DNA from: Minisyncoccota bacterium
GTDB lineage: Bacteria; Patescibacteriota; Minisyncoccia; Phycocordibacterales; PALSA-1337
Reading direction: 5' to 3'
Length of the DNA: 64,000 nucleotides
Assembly (NCBI GenBank): GCA_041671485.1
Contig: JBAZBL010000006.1
Coordinates: 6,539 to 70,538 of the forward strand
Within the stretch, counting starts at the first letter, position 1. Every line of letters begins with the position of its first letter. This document shows positions 56,326 to 64,000 of this stretch, one piece after another. The translations under genes were made by a program, and so were the position numbers. The notes under the pieces are model-generated. The model did no database searches, was not told the origin of the DNA, and saw only the letters and a list, made by a program, of their open reading frames with translations.

Positions 56326-58158
56326 ATGCAAAAATCAGATGTCAATTTATTAGAGATAGCGTTACAGTATTTAAGTTTTGGTCTATCTATAATACCTGTA
56401 AACGGAAAACAGCCGTGCGTAAAGTGGACAGAATACCAAACAAGGAAACCGACTATAGCAGAAATAACTGAATGGTTTTCACATCCGGATGTGACTGGAA
56501 TAGGGATAATTACAGGTTTGATTTCAGGGATTGGCGTTCTGGATATTGATAATGGATCTGACACATCAAGTCTTCAGTTACCGCCTACAGTTGCCGTTAA
56601 AACTGGAGGTGATGGTCAACATCACTACTATAGGTATCCCTTCAATACGGTCATCAGAAATACAACTGGATTACTACCACATATAGATTTCAGAGGTGAC
56701 GGGGGTTATGTTGTCGCGCCACCATCGATGCACCAATCTGGAAATAAATATGAATGGTTGTTGGACTTTAAGCGCGAGGATTTGGCTGATATTCCTGATT
56801 GGCTTCTAACCCGCTTGGTTGGTGAAAAGAGTCATCCGAACATCACGGATATATTAAGTGGCGTCTCTCAAGGGACTAGAAATGAGTCGGCGACAGTGAT
56901 TGTTGGGAAACTGATTCATCATTTGCCATCCTACGAATGGGAAACTTTAGCATGGCCTTACCTTAGATGGTGGAATGATCGAAATCAACCACCACTAGGT
57001 ATGAAGGAGCTTCGTGTTACATATGAATCTATTATTGGCAGAGAAAATAAGAAAGAGCAAAAGCAAGAACAGACACTAAAGATATTACAGTGGAAAGATT
57101 TTGATCAAGTGAAATTTCCCGAAGCGAAGTGGTTAATAAAAGACCTAATACCGACAGGAACTGTCACTATTATTGCCGCCCCATCGGGGGAAAAGAAAAC
57201 ATGGGTGGGTATGGAGATGTCTCGTTGTATAGCTCTCGGTATACCCTTTATCAACCACTTCGAAACGAAAAAGGGTAATGTATTATATATAGAGCAAGAA
57301 ACATCCCAACGCCTAATTCAAGATCGAGGTAGAAAGTTAGGATTCAATCTTGTGAATGATGGTATTTTCCTTCTTAGCCAAGATTCACTTAATTTGAATG
57401 AAGATCGTTCGATACAGTTGTTACATGAGTTTATCGAGAGAAATCATATAGAGTTTGTGGTTATCGATACGCTTAGAAGTGTTGCGGGTGGGATAAAAGA
57501 AGAAAAAGCAGAGGAAATAAGGATGTTCTTTAATCGTCTAAAGCCGTGGAAGGATAAGGGTATAAGCTATTTAGTCCTTGATCACTGTAGAAAGCCTGCA
57601 AGATTTGAGAGTACACAGGTGCCTAAAAAGGAGCAACTACTTGGAAGCCAAGACAAAACAGCCTCCGTTGAGGTGCTTCACATGATAAGAAGTGAGGAAA
57701 AAAGTAATGAGATAATGTTCTACCCAAAGAAATCTAAAGTTGCAAGGGAAATATCCCCGTTCAAAATTTTGATGTTAGATGAAATCACCGAACACGGTGA
57801 GGTTGTGAGGTTGACATATGGCGGAGAGATTGAAGAAAAAAAGTTGAAAGCAGAGGAGGCGGAAGGCATGATAAAAGCATATCTACTGGAATCCAATGAG
57901 CATAGAACATCTAAAGAGATTCAGGAGGCTCTGGACGGAGAAGCTGGGAAGACTGCCATCGAAGATGCGCTTAAAAAAATGCGAGAAGACAAGGAGAATA
58001 TTGTCCATCATGAAAAAGTTGGTCAAGCGTATAAATATTGGATACCAAAAGATAAACCAGATGAGCTTGATATATTTGATGAGGTTCCTAAGTCTGATTT
58101 AGGAAGTCCGCAGACGCTGCTATTAGAAGCTTCAACTGAGCCACAAATTGCTGCCTAG
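56326..58158 (+). CDS. Bifunctional primase-polymerase (Prim-Pol) N-domain fused to a P-loop RecA/DnaB-like ATPase (mobile-element replication protein)
   Basis: Prim-Pol motifs GIGIITGL..GIGVLDIDNGSD and DFRGDGGYVVAPPS. Walker A AAPSGEKKTW. AAA_25-like region VVIDTL. Confidence 0.8.
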   Translation: MQKSDVNLLEIALQYLSFGLSIIPVNGKQPCVKWTEYQTRKPTIAEITEWFSHPDVTGIGIITGLISGIGVLDIDNGSDTSSLQLPPTVAVKTGGDGQHHYYRYPFNTVIRNTTGLLPHIDFRGDGGYVVAPPSMHQSGNKYEWLLDFKREDLADIPDWLLTRLVGEKSHPNITDILSGVSQGTRNESATVIVGKLIHHLPSYEWETLAWPYLRWWNDRNQPPLGMKELRVTYESIIGRENKKEQKQEQTLKILQWKDFDQVKFPEAKWLIKDLIPTGTVTIIAAPSGEKKTWVGMEMSRCIALGIPFINHFETKKGNVLYIEQETSQRLIQDRGRKLGFNLVNDGIFLLSQDSLNLNEDRSIQLLHEFIERNHIEFVVIDTLRSVAGGIKEEKAEEIRMFFNRLKPWKDKGISYLVLDHCRKPARFESTQVPKKEQLLGSQDKTASVEVLHMIRSEEKSNEIMFYPKKSKVAREISPFKILMLDEITEHGEVVRLTYGGEIEEKKLKAEEAEGMIKAYLLESNEHRTSKEIQEALDGEAGKTAIEDALKKMREDKENIVHHEKVGQAYKYWIPKDKPDELDIFDEVPKSDLGSPQTLLLEASTEPQIAA

Positions 58159-58309
58159 TTTCCTAGTACATATATATGTTATGATTACAATGCTACACAA
58201 GGGATTAGGGACGTTATTTATTTTAATTGAGTCCAAAAGCGGGGTAACAGAACTCTCTTGTGTAGCAACTTGAGACGTCCACTGTTACCCCACTTTTGTA
58301 ATTAAAAAT

Positions 58310-59851
58310 ATGAAAAAAGGAATTATATATGTTCGAGTATCATCGAACGAACAAGTACAAGGTACAAGTCTCGATAATCAAGAGAGGGCTTGTTTGGAAT
58401 ATGCGGAGAAAAATAATATTGAGGTGGTAAAGATTTATATTGAGAAAGGGGAATCGGCAACTGCCGCCAATCGTACCGAATTTCTGAAGGCACTGGAGTA
58501 TTGTCGAATACATAGTAAAGAGGTGGAGTCTTTCATTGTTTGGAAGATCGATCGCTTCGCCCGTAATACCACAGACCATTTTGCAGTCCGCGCTAAACTA
58601 ACTCAGTACGGTGTTACTCTCCAATCAGTTACTGAACCAATCACAAATGATCCTAGCGGTAAACTGATGGAGACACTTCTTGCTGGATATGCAGAATTTG
58701 AAAACGATATACGTAAGCAGAGGTGTATTGGTGGCATGCAAGGCAGATTACGTGAGGGAATCTGGTGCTGGTCGCCTCCAATAGGGTATACAAACTCTAT
58801 GAAGATGAAAGACAGAAAGAAAACCTTACCGGATGTTCCGGATGAAGAAAGATTCTACCTGATTCAAAAGGGATTAAAACTATATAAAGCCGGCAATCAC
58901 ACTATTACAGCTCTTGCCCAAGAGAGTAGTAAATGGGGACTTAAAACTCGAACTGGTAGGCCAATGAGAAAACAGTTATGGGATACTATTCTCACCAATA
59001 AATTCTATGCTGGTATCCTCGTCGATCCGTGGAGCCTTGAAGAACAACAAGGACAACATAAGCCTATGATTACTTTAGAAGATTTCAATCACATCCAGAT
59101 GATAAAAAAGAATTTGTCCAACAACGCCACCGCTTCACGACTCTCTACCAATCCCGATTTTCCACTTCGCCGTTTTGTGTTATGTGAATGTCATCATCTC
59201 TATACCGCCTCGTGGAGTACCGGCCGAAGTAAAAAATATGCCTCTTACCACTGTCACGGCAAGCAATGCGTACATTTTGGTCACACTGTTGCCAAAGATA
59301 CGCTCGAAGATGAATTCTATAAGCTTTTACAAAAGGTAGCTCCACAGACTAAGTTCCTTAAACTGTTTGAACGGATCGTTATAGAGACCTATAAAAACCA
59401 ACATACTCTTGTTAAGCAGGAAAAGGATCACTATGAGCGAAATCTATCCAAGTTGGAAGCACGTAAGAAAGAATTGATGGAAATGAGAATAAGCCGTGAG
59501 ATTTCAAAGGAAGACTATAAAGATCTTAAAGATGCTTTGGATAATCAGATTACCAGTCTCCATATCTCAAGAAATGAAGCTCAGATAGAAGAATTTGATA
59601 TGGAGATCGCTATAGCTCACACTACGAAGCTGATCGGTGATGTTGCCAATCAATGGAAGCTTATGAGTCCGATTCAGAAGCAAAAACTTCAGAAATTGGT
59701 GCTACCACAAGGGATCACCTACCAAAAATCGACCGGTACATTTGGAACCGCCATTCTGTCGCCTGTATTCAAGCTTAATGAGACATTTACGGCTATGCCG
59801 TCCGAACTTGTTGCGGGGGTCGGAATCGAACCGACAATCTTCAGGTTATGA
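58310..59851 (+). CDS. Large serine recombinase (phage-integrase-type resolvase/invertase family)
   Basis: Catalytic N-domain IYVRVSSNEQ...DRFARN. Recombinase domain. Zinc ribbon CECHH...YHCHGKQC. Coiled-coil C-terminus. The last 41 nt overlap tRNA-fMet on the opposite strand. Confidence 0.85.
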   Translation: MKKGIIYVRVSSNEQVQGTSLDNQERACLEYAEKNNIEVVKIYIEKGESATAANRTEFLKALEYCRIHSKEVESFIVWKIDRFARNTTDHFAVRAKLTQYGVTLQSVTEPITNDPSGKLMETLLAGYAEFENDIRKQRCIGGMQGRLREGIWCWSPPIGYTNSMKMKDRKKTLPDVPDEERFYLIQKGLKLYKAGNHTITALAQESSKWGLKTRTGRPMRKQLWDTILTNKFYAGILVDPWSLEEQQGQHKPMITLEDFNHIQMIKKNLSNNATASRLSTNPDFPLRRFVLCECHHLYTASWSTGRSKKYASYHCHGKQCVHFGHTVAKDTLEDEFYKLLQKVAPQTKFLKLFERIVIETYKNQHTLVKQEKDHYERNLSKLEARKKELMEMRISREISKEDYKDLKDALDNQITSLHISRNEAQIEEFDMEIAIAHTTKLIGDVANQWKLMSPIQKQKLQKLVLPQGITYQKSTGTFGTAILSPVFKLNETFTAMPSELVAGVGIEPTIFRL

Positions 59852-59882
59852 GCCTGACGAGCTACCGTTACTCTACCCCGCG
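59811..59882 (-). tRNA. Initiator tRNA-fMet (anticodon CAT)
   Basis: Cloverleaf with a C1·A72 mismatch and an A11:U24 pair, both initiator hallmarks. Anticodon loop CUCAUAA. T-arm GTCGG TTCGATT CCGAC. Close to E. coli tRNA-fMet. Confidence 0.85.
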
Positions 59883-59984
59883 ATGTTCTAACTATTTTGC
59901 CACAATTGATGTAGTTGCGCAAGTGAATAAATTTAGATATTGTATAGCTTGAGTATTAGACATGGTTTTTGCTCGATATTCAAT

Positions 59985-60058
59985 GCCGGCGTAGCTCAGG
60001 TAGTTAGAGCATAGCACTCATAAAGCTAAGGTCGCAGGTGCAAGTCCTGCCGCCGGCA
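59985..60058 (+). tRNA. tRNA with anticodon CAT (elongator Met or lysidine-modified Ile2)
   Basis: Acceptor GCCGGCG/CGCCGGC. Anticodon loop CUCAUAA. One A·A mismatch at 31-39. Confidence 0.7.
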
Positions 60059-60185
60059 CAATAGTTTTCGTCAGTATCTTGACTTTCGTAGAATATTTTT
60101 GCTAGAGTATCTTTAATACTTGCTTGCGACCGATGGAGTTGCGCCCAGATCGGTCTATCGCAGAAGCGATGGTGAGCACTATGAC

Positions 60186-60214
60186 AAGCCCCTTACGGGG
60201 CTTGTGCGCTTTTT
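60186..60214 (+). terminator. Rho-independent terminator after the CAT tRNA
   Basis: aagcccc ttac ggggctt followed by gtgcgctttttg. Confidence 0.5.
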
Positions 60215-60281
60215 GTTGATTTTATCCATTACACTAAAGAAGTGTTTGTGACCATTATTCAATTGTGGTATTTTTCTAGTA

Positions 60282-60965
60282 ATGCCAATATACAAAAAGG
60301 TTAATAAAGATTTTTTCAAAGTATGGACTCCAAAGATGTCATATATACTGGGATTCTTTGCTGCTGACGGTTATATGACTCTAAACAAAAGAGGTGCTTA
60401 TTTTTGGAATATTCAAATTACAGACAAAAAATTATTAGAGGATATCAGACGAACAATTGGATCCAATCATAAAATCAGTGTTCGTATTGGAAAAGTGAAT
60501 GAAAGACCTTTGTATCGTTTACAGATTGGTAGCAAGAAAATGTACTATGATCTATTGGCTTTAGGATTTAATCAGGGAAAAACAAAGAGTTTGGCTGTTC
60601 CAAATGTTCCAGCAATATATTTTAGAGATTTTGTCAGAGGTTATTTTGATGGTGATGGTAATGTTTGGAGCGGACATATTCATCGCAATAGACCTAGTAA
60701 TACATTGATTATTACTGTGGTATTTACTTCCAGTTCATTTCAATTTTTATCGGAAATAAGGCGAAGATTACGATTGTTTATGATATTTAAAGGAGTTTTA
60801 AGTAAGGGGAAAGGTAATTATTATAGGTTAGTTTACAGTATTCGTGACTCTTTGAAATTACACGATTTCATGTATAATCATCCTATACTTGCAAAGGATG
60901 ACATTTTTCTTCAAAGGAAGAGAATTATATTCGAGAAGTACTTAAAGATACGAATGCGGCCGTAG
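60282..60965 (+). CDS. LAGLIDADG homing endonuclease (double-motif)
   Basis: Two LAGLIDADG motifs, LGFFAADGYM and GYFDGDGNV. The TAG stop overlaps the first 10 nt of tRNA-Asp. Confidence 0.85.
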   Translation: MPIYKKVNKDFFKVWTPKMSYILGFFAADGYMTLNKRGAYFWNIQITDKKLLEDIRRTIGSNHKISVRIGKVNERPLYRLQIGSKKMYYDLLALGFNQGKTKSLAVPNVPAIYFRDFVRGYFDGDGNVWSGHIHRNRPSNTLIITVVFTSSSFQFLSEIRRRLRLFMIFKGVLSKGKGNYYRLVYSIRDSLKLHDFMYNHPILAKDDIFLQRKRIIFEKYLKIRMRP

Positions 60966-61029
60966 CGAAACTGGTTATCGCACCGCCCTGTCACGGCGGG
61001 GATTGCGGGTTCGAGTCCCGTCGGCCGCG
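60956..61029 (+). tRNA. tRNA-Asp (GTC)
   Basis: Anticodon loop CUGUCAC. T-arm GCGGGTTCGAGTCCCGT identical to E. coli tRNA-Asp. Discriminator G. Confidence 0.9.
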
Positions 61030-61106
61030 CATAGGAAATCACTCAACATTCTGTTTTATTACGTCCACCAAAAGAGTGCTATAATTCACCATAGAAAGAG
61101 GTTCAT

Positions 61107-61535
61107 ATGAGAACGTTAACAATGCTAGTTGCAGTGATCAGTTTCACTCTATTTGCCAATGCTGGCGAAAAGAGATCTGGGCTGGAGGGTGAGATGCCCA
61201 ATAGCTTGACGAATCACATTCTCGCAGTCGAGATGTCCAAAGGTGGGTCTTTGGAACCAATTGACACAAAAGATTTCCACAATATGATCATTCAGTACTT
61301 GGTAAGAATGAATACGAATGAGACTTTTGGTCCTTTGTGGAAAGGTATGGAATTTGAATCCGAAAGTTTCTACATCGGCTGGAAGCAGGGCCGAGATGAA
61401 TTTCGGTTCAACTTCCTGCCAGTGACAAGACGAGGATTTCGAGCGGGTGGTATGATAGTCAGTGAATATCCGCTTGCACCAAACAATCTTCGAGATTGTT
61501 ACTTTGTCGGTCTATTTGTCTCGCGACATTTTTGA
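61107..61535 (+). CDS. Hypothetical secreted protein (142 aa), markedly higher GC
   Basis: Signal peptide MRTLTMLVAVISFTLFANA. Followed by the terminator gcggtcgtgttcggaacacgaccgc plus a T-run. Confidence 0.45.
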   Translation: MRTLTMLVAVISFTLFANAGEKRSGLEGEMPNSLTNHILAVEMSKGGSLEPIDTKDFHNMIIQYLVRMNTNETFGPLWKGMEFESESFYIGWKQGRDEFRFNFLPVTRRGFRAGGMIVSEYPLAPNNLRDCYFVGLFVSRHF

Positions 61536-61562
61536 GGACTAGCGAGACAGGGTGGGGAAGAT

Positions 61563-61596
61563 GCGGTCGTGTTCGGAACACGACCGCTTTTATTTC
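61563..61596 (+). terminator. Rho-independent terminator
   Basis: gcggtcgtg ttcggaa cacgaccgc then ttttatttc. Confidence 0.6.
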
Positions 61597-61673
61597 GATT
61601 GAAAAGCTGTGATTTCTGTATTATGATGCAATGACTGCCAATGTAACTCTTTTGGTGGTAGATATATAAATAT

Positions 61674-61746
61674 GCCAAGATAGCTCAGTTGGTAGAGCAC
61701 GCCATTGGTAATGGCGAGGTCCCGAGTTCAATCCTCGGTCTTGGCT
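61674..61746 (+). tRNA. tRNA-Thr (GGT)
   Basis: Anticodon loop UUGGUAA. Canonical cloverleaf close to E. coli tRNA-Thr(GGU). Confidence 0.9.
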
Positions 61747-61851
61747 CCCCACTCCGCCTCACCCCTTATGGGTTGAGGCTTCGCGGGGCAAGCCCACAAT
61801 GTAGTTGTGCTTGCACCGCGAAGCTCCGACTGGAAGGAGGAGCGAAGTGGT

Positions 61852-61924
61852 GCCAAAGTAGCTCAGTTGGTAGAGCATCGCTTTCGTAAAGCGAGGGTCC
61901 CCGGTTCGATCCCGGGCTTTGGCT
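61852..61924 (+). tRNA. tRNA-Thr (CGT)
   Basis: Anticodon loop UUCGUAA. Canonical cloverleaf. Separated from the first Thr tRNA by a GC-rich structured 105-nt spacer. Confidence 0.9.
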
Positions 61925-61966
61925 CAAAATAGATCAAAGATAAAAGGTCAAAGATCAAAAATATAG

Positions 61967-62866
61967 ATGGACAAAGAGAAAATACAAAAGAAAATAGCAG
62001 AGCTCGAAAGTGCAATGAATGCACAGGACTTTTGGTCTGATAAAGTAAAAGCACAAAATGTAATTAGCGAAATAAAGAAACTCAAAGAGGATCTCGAAGG
62101 TGTAGGTAAATATGATAAAGGTGATGCTATATTATCTGTCCTCTCTGGCGCTGGTGGCGATGATGCAGAAGATTTTTCTCAAATGCTTGTTAGGATGTAT
62201 AACAAATATTCTGATTCAAACAATTGGGTTTGGTCTGTAATTCATTCAAATGAGAATGATCATGGTGGATATAGGAATATAACAGTAGAAATCTCTGGAG
62301 GTCTGACCTCCGTAGGTTTGGGTCCATATGGCATATTGAAGAATGAATCTGGAGTACATCGCTTGGTACGAATTTCGCCATTCAATGCAAATGATAAAAG
62401 GCATACATCTTTCTCTATGGTAGAAGTATTGCCAAAGTTTGAAAAGACTTCTTCTCATGATATTGTCATTTCAGATAATGATATAGAGATATCTATTGCA
62501 AAGTCAGGAGGTCCAGGAGGCCAGAATGTAAACAAACGCGAGACGGCAGTACGGATATTGCATAGACCAACAGGTATATCTATACACGTTACGTCAGAAC
62601 GCTCACAAGCTCAAAACCGTGAAAAAGCCATGGATATTCTACGAGCAAAACTGTGGAAGCGTATGGAAGATGTGAGGATAGCAAAAGAGAAGGGTATGCA
62701 AATATCTTCTACTACATCTATAGAATGGGGCAATCAGATAAGGTCATATGTATTGCATCCGTACAAAATGGTAAAGGATCATAGGACAGAGTATGAGACA
62801 AATCAGGTTGATAAAGTATTGAATGGTGATATAGAAGCATTTATCGATGCAGAAAAGATGCTATAA
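61967..62866 (+). CDS. prfB: Peptide chain release factor 2 (N-terminally short; no programmed frameshift site)
   Basis: SPF tripeptide (RF2-specific) and GGQ motif. Begins 42 nt after tRNA-Thr, so there is no room for an upstream frame-0 segment. Confidence 0.85.
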   Translation: MDKEKIQKKIAELESAMNAQDFWSDKVKAQNVISEIKKLKEDLEGVGKYDKGDAILSVLSGAGGDDAEDFSQMLVRMYNKYSDSNNWVWSVIHSNENDHGGYRNITVEISGGLTSVGLGPYGILKNESGVHRLVRISPFNANDKRHTSFSMVEVLPKFEKTSSHDIVISDNDIEISIAKSGGPGGQNVNKRETAVRILHRPTGISIHVTSERSQAQNREKAMDILRAKLWKRMEDVRIAKEKGMQISSTTSIEWGNQIRSYVLHPYKMVKDHRTEYETNQVDKVLNGDIEAFIDAEKML

Positions 62867-62874
62867 TTAGTTGA

Positions 62875-63555
62875 ATGATATATTACGATAAAGTCACAAA
62901 GATCTATCCAGACCACTCTGTAGCACTAGAAGATGTAACTTTTGGTGTTGAACCCAAAGAATTTGTCACAATCGTCGGTCATTCTGGTGCTGGCAAAACA
63001 ACATTGATGAAACTTCTTATTGGAGAAGATAGACCAACAAATGGCATTGTCTTCTTCGAATCATCTGATATTCATAGATTGAATAAAAGGGATATGAGCA
63101 AGATAAGAAGAAGGATTGGTACAATATTTCAGGATTATAGGCTAATACCATCAAAGACAGTATATGAGAATATTGCTTTTGCCATGGAAGCAGCAGGTAG
63201 GAAAGATGATGAAATATCAGCCGATGTACCTCATGTACTTGAGCTCGTTGATCTAGCCCGTAAGATATGGAATTTCCCACATGAATTGTCAGGGGGCGAA
63301 AGACAGCGCGTAGCTATTGCTCGAGCAATAGTCAATCAACCAGATATAGTTATTGCCGATGAACCAACGGGCAATTTGGATCCGTCAAATACTTTTGAAA
63401 TTGCAAGAATTTTGAAAAAGATAAATGAATTGGGTACGACTGTCATACTCACTACTCACAATAAAGGCATGGTTGATGCTATAGGAGGTAGGATTATCAC
63501 CATGGAAAGGGGTAAAGTAGTCAAAGACAGTAAAGATGGCAAGTATTTGTTATAG
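62875..63555 (+). CDS. ftsE: Cell-division ABC ATPase FtsE
   Basis: Walker A GHSGAGKTT, ABC signature LSGGERQR, Walker B IVIADEPTGNLD. Confidence 0.9.
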   Translation: MIYYDKVTKIYPDHSVALEDVTFGVEPKEFVTIVGHSGAGKTTLMKLLIGEDRPTNGIVFFESSDIHRLNKRDMSKIRRRIGTIFQDYRLIPSKTVYENIAFAMEAAGRKDDEISADVPHVLELVDLARKIWNFPHELSGGERQRVAIARAIVNQPDIVIADEPTGNLDPSNTFEIARILKKINELGTTVILTTHNKGMVDAIGGRIITMERGKVVKDSKDGKYLL

Positions 63556-63590
63556 ATCAAAGATTAAAAATCAAAAATCAAAAATTATCA

Positions 63591-64000
63591 ATGTTTACTA
63601 TTCTCAAACGTATAACTAAGACAGGCTTTGTAAATTTCTGGCGTAATGGCTTTTTGTCATTTGCAGCGATTGTAGTCATCACATTGTCTCTTTGTGCTTT
63701 TGGAGCGCTTATATTTGGTAGTGCATTTGGTAGGTCATTCCTGAATGATATAAAAGAAAAAGTTGATATAAATGTTTACTTTACTCTATCAACACCAGAA
63801 TCCGATATAGTTGCTCTCAAAAAAGATATAGATGCTCTGCCAGAAGTAGCAAAAACAGAATATATATCAAGAGGTATGGCTCTTGCTACATTCAAGCAAA
63901 AATGGCAAGACAATGCTCTTATAATGCAAGGACTAGATGAAATAGGTGACAATCCTTTCCCAGCATCTATAAATATAAAAGCAATTGATCCAGGGCAATA
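63591..64000 (+). CDS. ftsX: Cell-division permease FtsX (5' part; continues beyond the window)
   Basis: Open frame to the window end. N-terminal TM helix LSFAAIVVITLSLCAFGALIFG then a periplasmic domain. Directly downstream of ftsE. Confidence 0.75.
   Translation, partial: MFTILKRITKTGFVNFWRNGFLSFAAIVVITLSLCAFGALIFGSAFGRSFLNDIKEKVDINVYFTLSTPESDIVALKKDIDALPEVAKTEYISRGMALATFKQKWQDNALIMQGLDEIGDNPFPASINIKAIDPGQ

Larger units (their letters stand above)
51640..59882. mobile_element. Putative integrated element next to tRNA-fMet (left boundary uncertain, possibly as far left as 50620)
   Basis: The 3' end of the serine recombinase gene overlaps the tRNA-fMet 3' half by 41 nt. A primase-polymerase/helicase replication gene, HicBA, a small HTH protein and unknown cargo are present. 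Local GC is higher than flanking housekeeping genes. There is a 450-nt non-coding stretch at 51640-52095. Confidence 0.45.

Noticed and set aside
59985-61029. LAGLIDADG gene as part of a group I intron splitting a tRNA
   Set aside because: Both adjacent tRNAs (CAT and Asp) fold as complete cloverleafs with intact anticodon loops. No obvious P7 or G-binding core was recognised by eye, so I call the gene free-standing; a covariance-model search is still advisable.
61689-61889. 66-aa ORF spanning the two tRNA-Thr genes
   Set aside because: It overlaps two well-folded tRNAs and the GC-rich spacer, so it is not coding.
61925-61967. prfB programmed frameshift
   Set aside because: Only 42 nt separate tRNA-Thr from the ATG, so there is no room for the upstream frame-0 segment.
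1-64000. CRISPR array
   Set aside because: None of the repeat families found (REP hairpins, composite elements, 17-bp palindromes) are evenly spaced direct repeats with unique spacers, and no cas genes are present.

Overview
This 64 kb window is low-GC bacterial sequence with compact gene spacing and duplicated type IV pilus and competence genes. The organism looks CPR/Patescibacteria-like, but that is inference. UGA acts as a stop codon: RF2 is present and tpiA/pgk overlap as ATGA.

Housekeeping genes are nusA, tpiA, pgk, a HIT protein, recJ, rnhA, sodA, rpmB, an M50 protease, rpsL, rpsG, fusA, tyrS, ligA, gatC, gatA, prfB, ftsE and the start of ftsX.

There are two type IV pilus / DNA-uptake gene sets. 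The first runs pilB, pilC, a giant pseudopilin, then minor pilins. The second runs pilM, N/O/P-like genes, pilB2, a CheY-like receiver, pilT, pilC2, pilA, a second pilin, pilD and four pseudopilins. comEC is split into a membrane part and a degenerate MBL-fold part, and comF is present. Two giant secreted repeat proteins each carry a peptidoglycan-binding domain.

Five tRNA genes form a cluster: initiator fMet, Met/Ile(CAT), Asp and two Thr. A LAGLIDADG homing endonuclease sits between the CAT and Asp tRNAs. An island of about 8-9 kb lies next to tRNA-fMet. It encodes a large serine recombinase whose 3' end overlaps the tRNA, a primase-polymerase/helicase protein, HicB/HicA, and unknown-function cargo including a four-gene cassette.

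The main signals beyond the gene list are repeat families. One is a family of GC-rich REP hairpins, mostly arranged as inverted doublets (REPIN-like), together with an IS200-like REP-associated tyrosine transposase (RAYT). Another is a three-part composite element found in front of both comEC pieces and the RAYT: a GC hairpin, a 42-nt AT-rich motif with three ATTTTATC repeats, a TGnTAT box, then a REP. A 17-bp palindrome ACGAGGTCnGACCTCGT occurs four times, next to pilB, recJ and pilM and inside comF. Palindromic insertions lie in frame inside recJ and inside the RAYT gene. Other MITE-like hairpin elements sit between tyrS/comF and between gatC/gatA.
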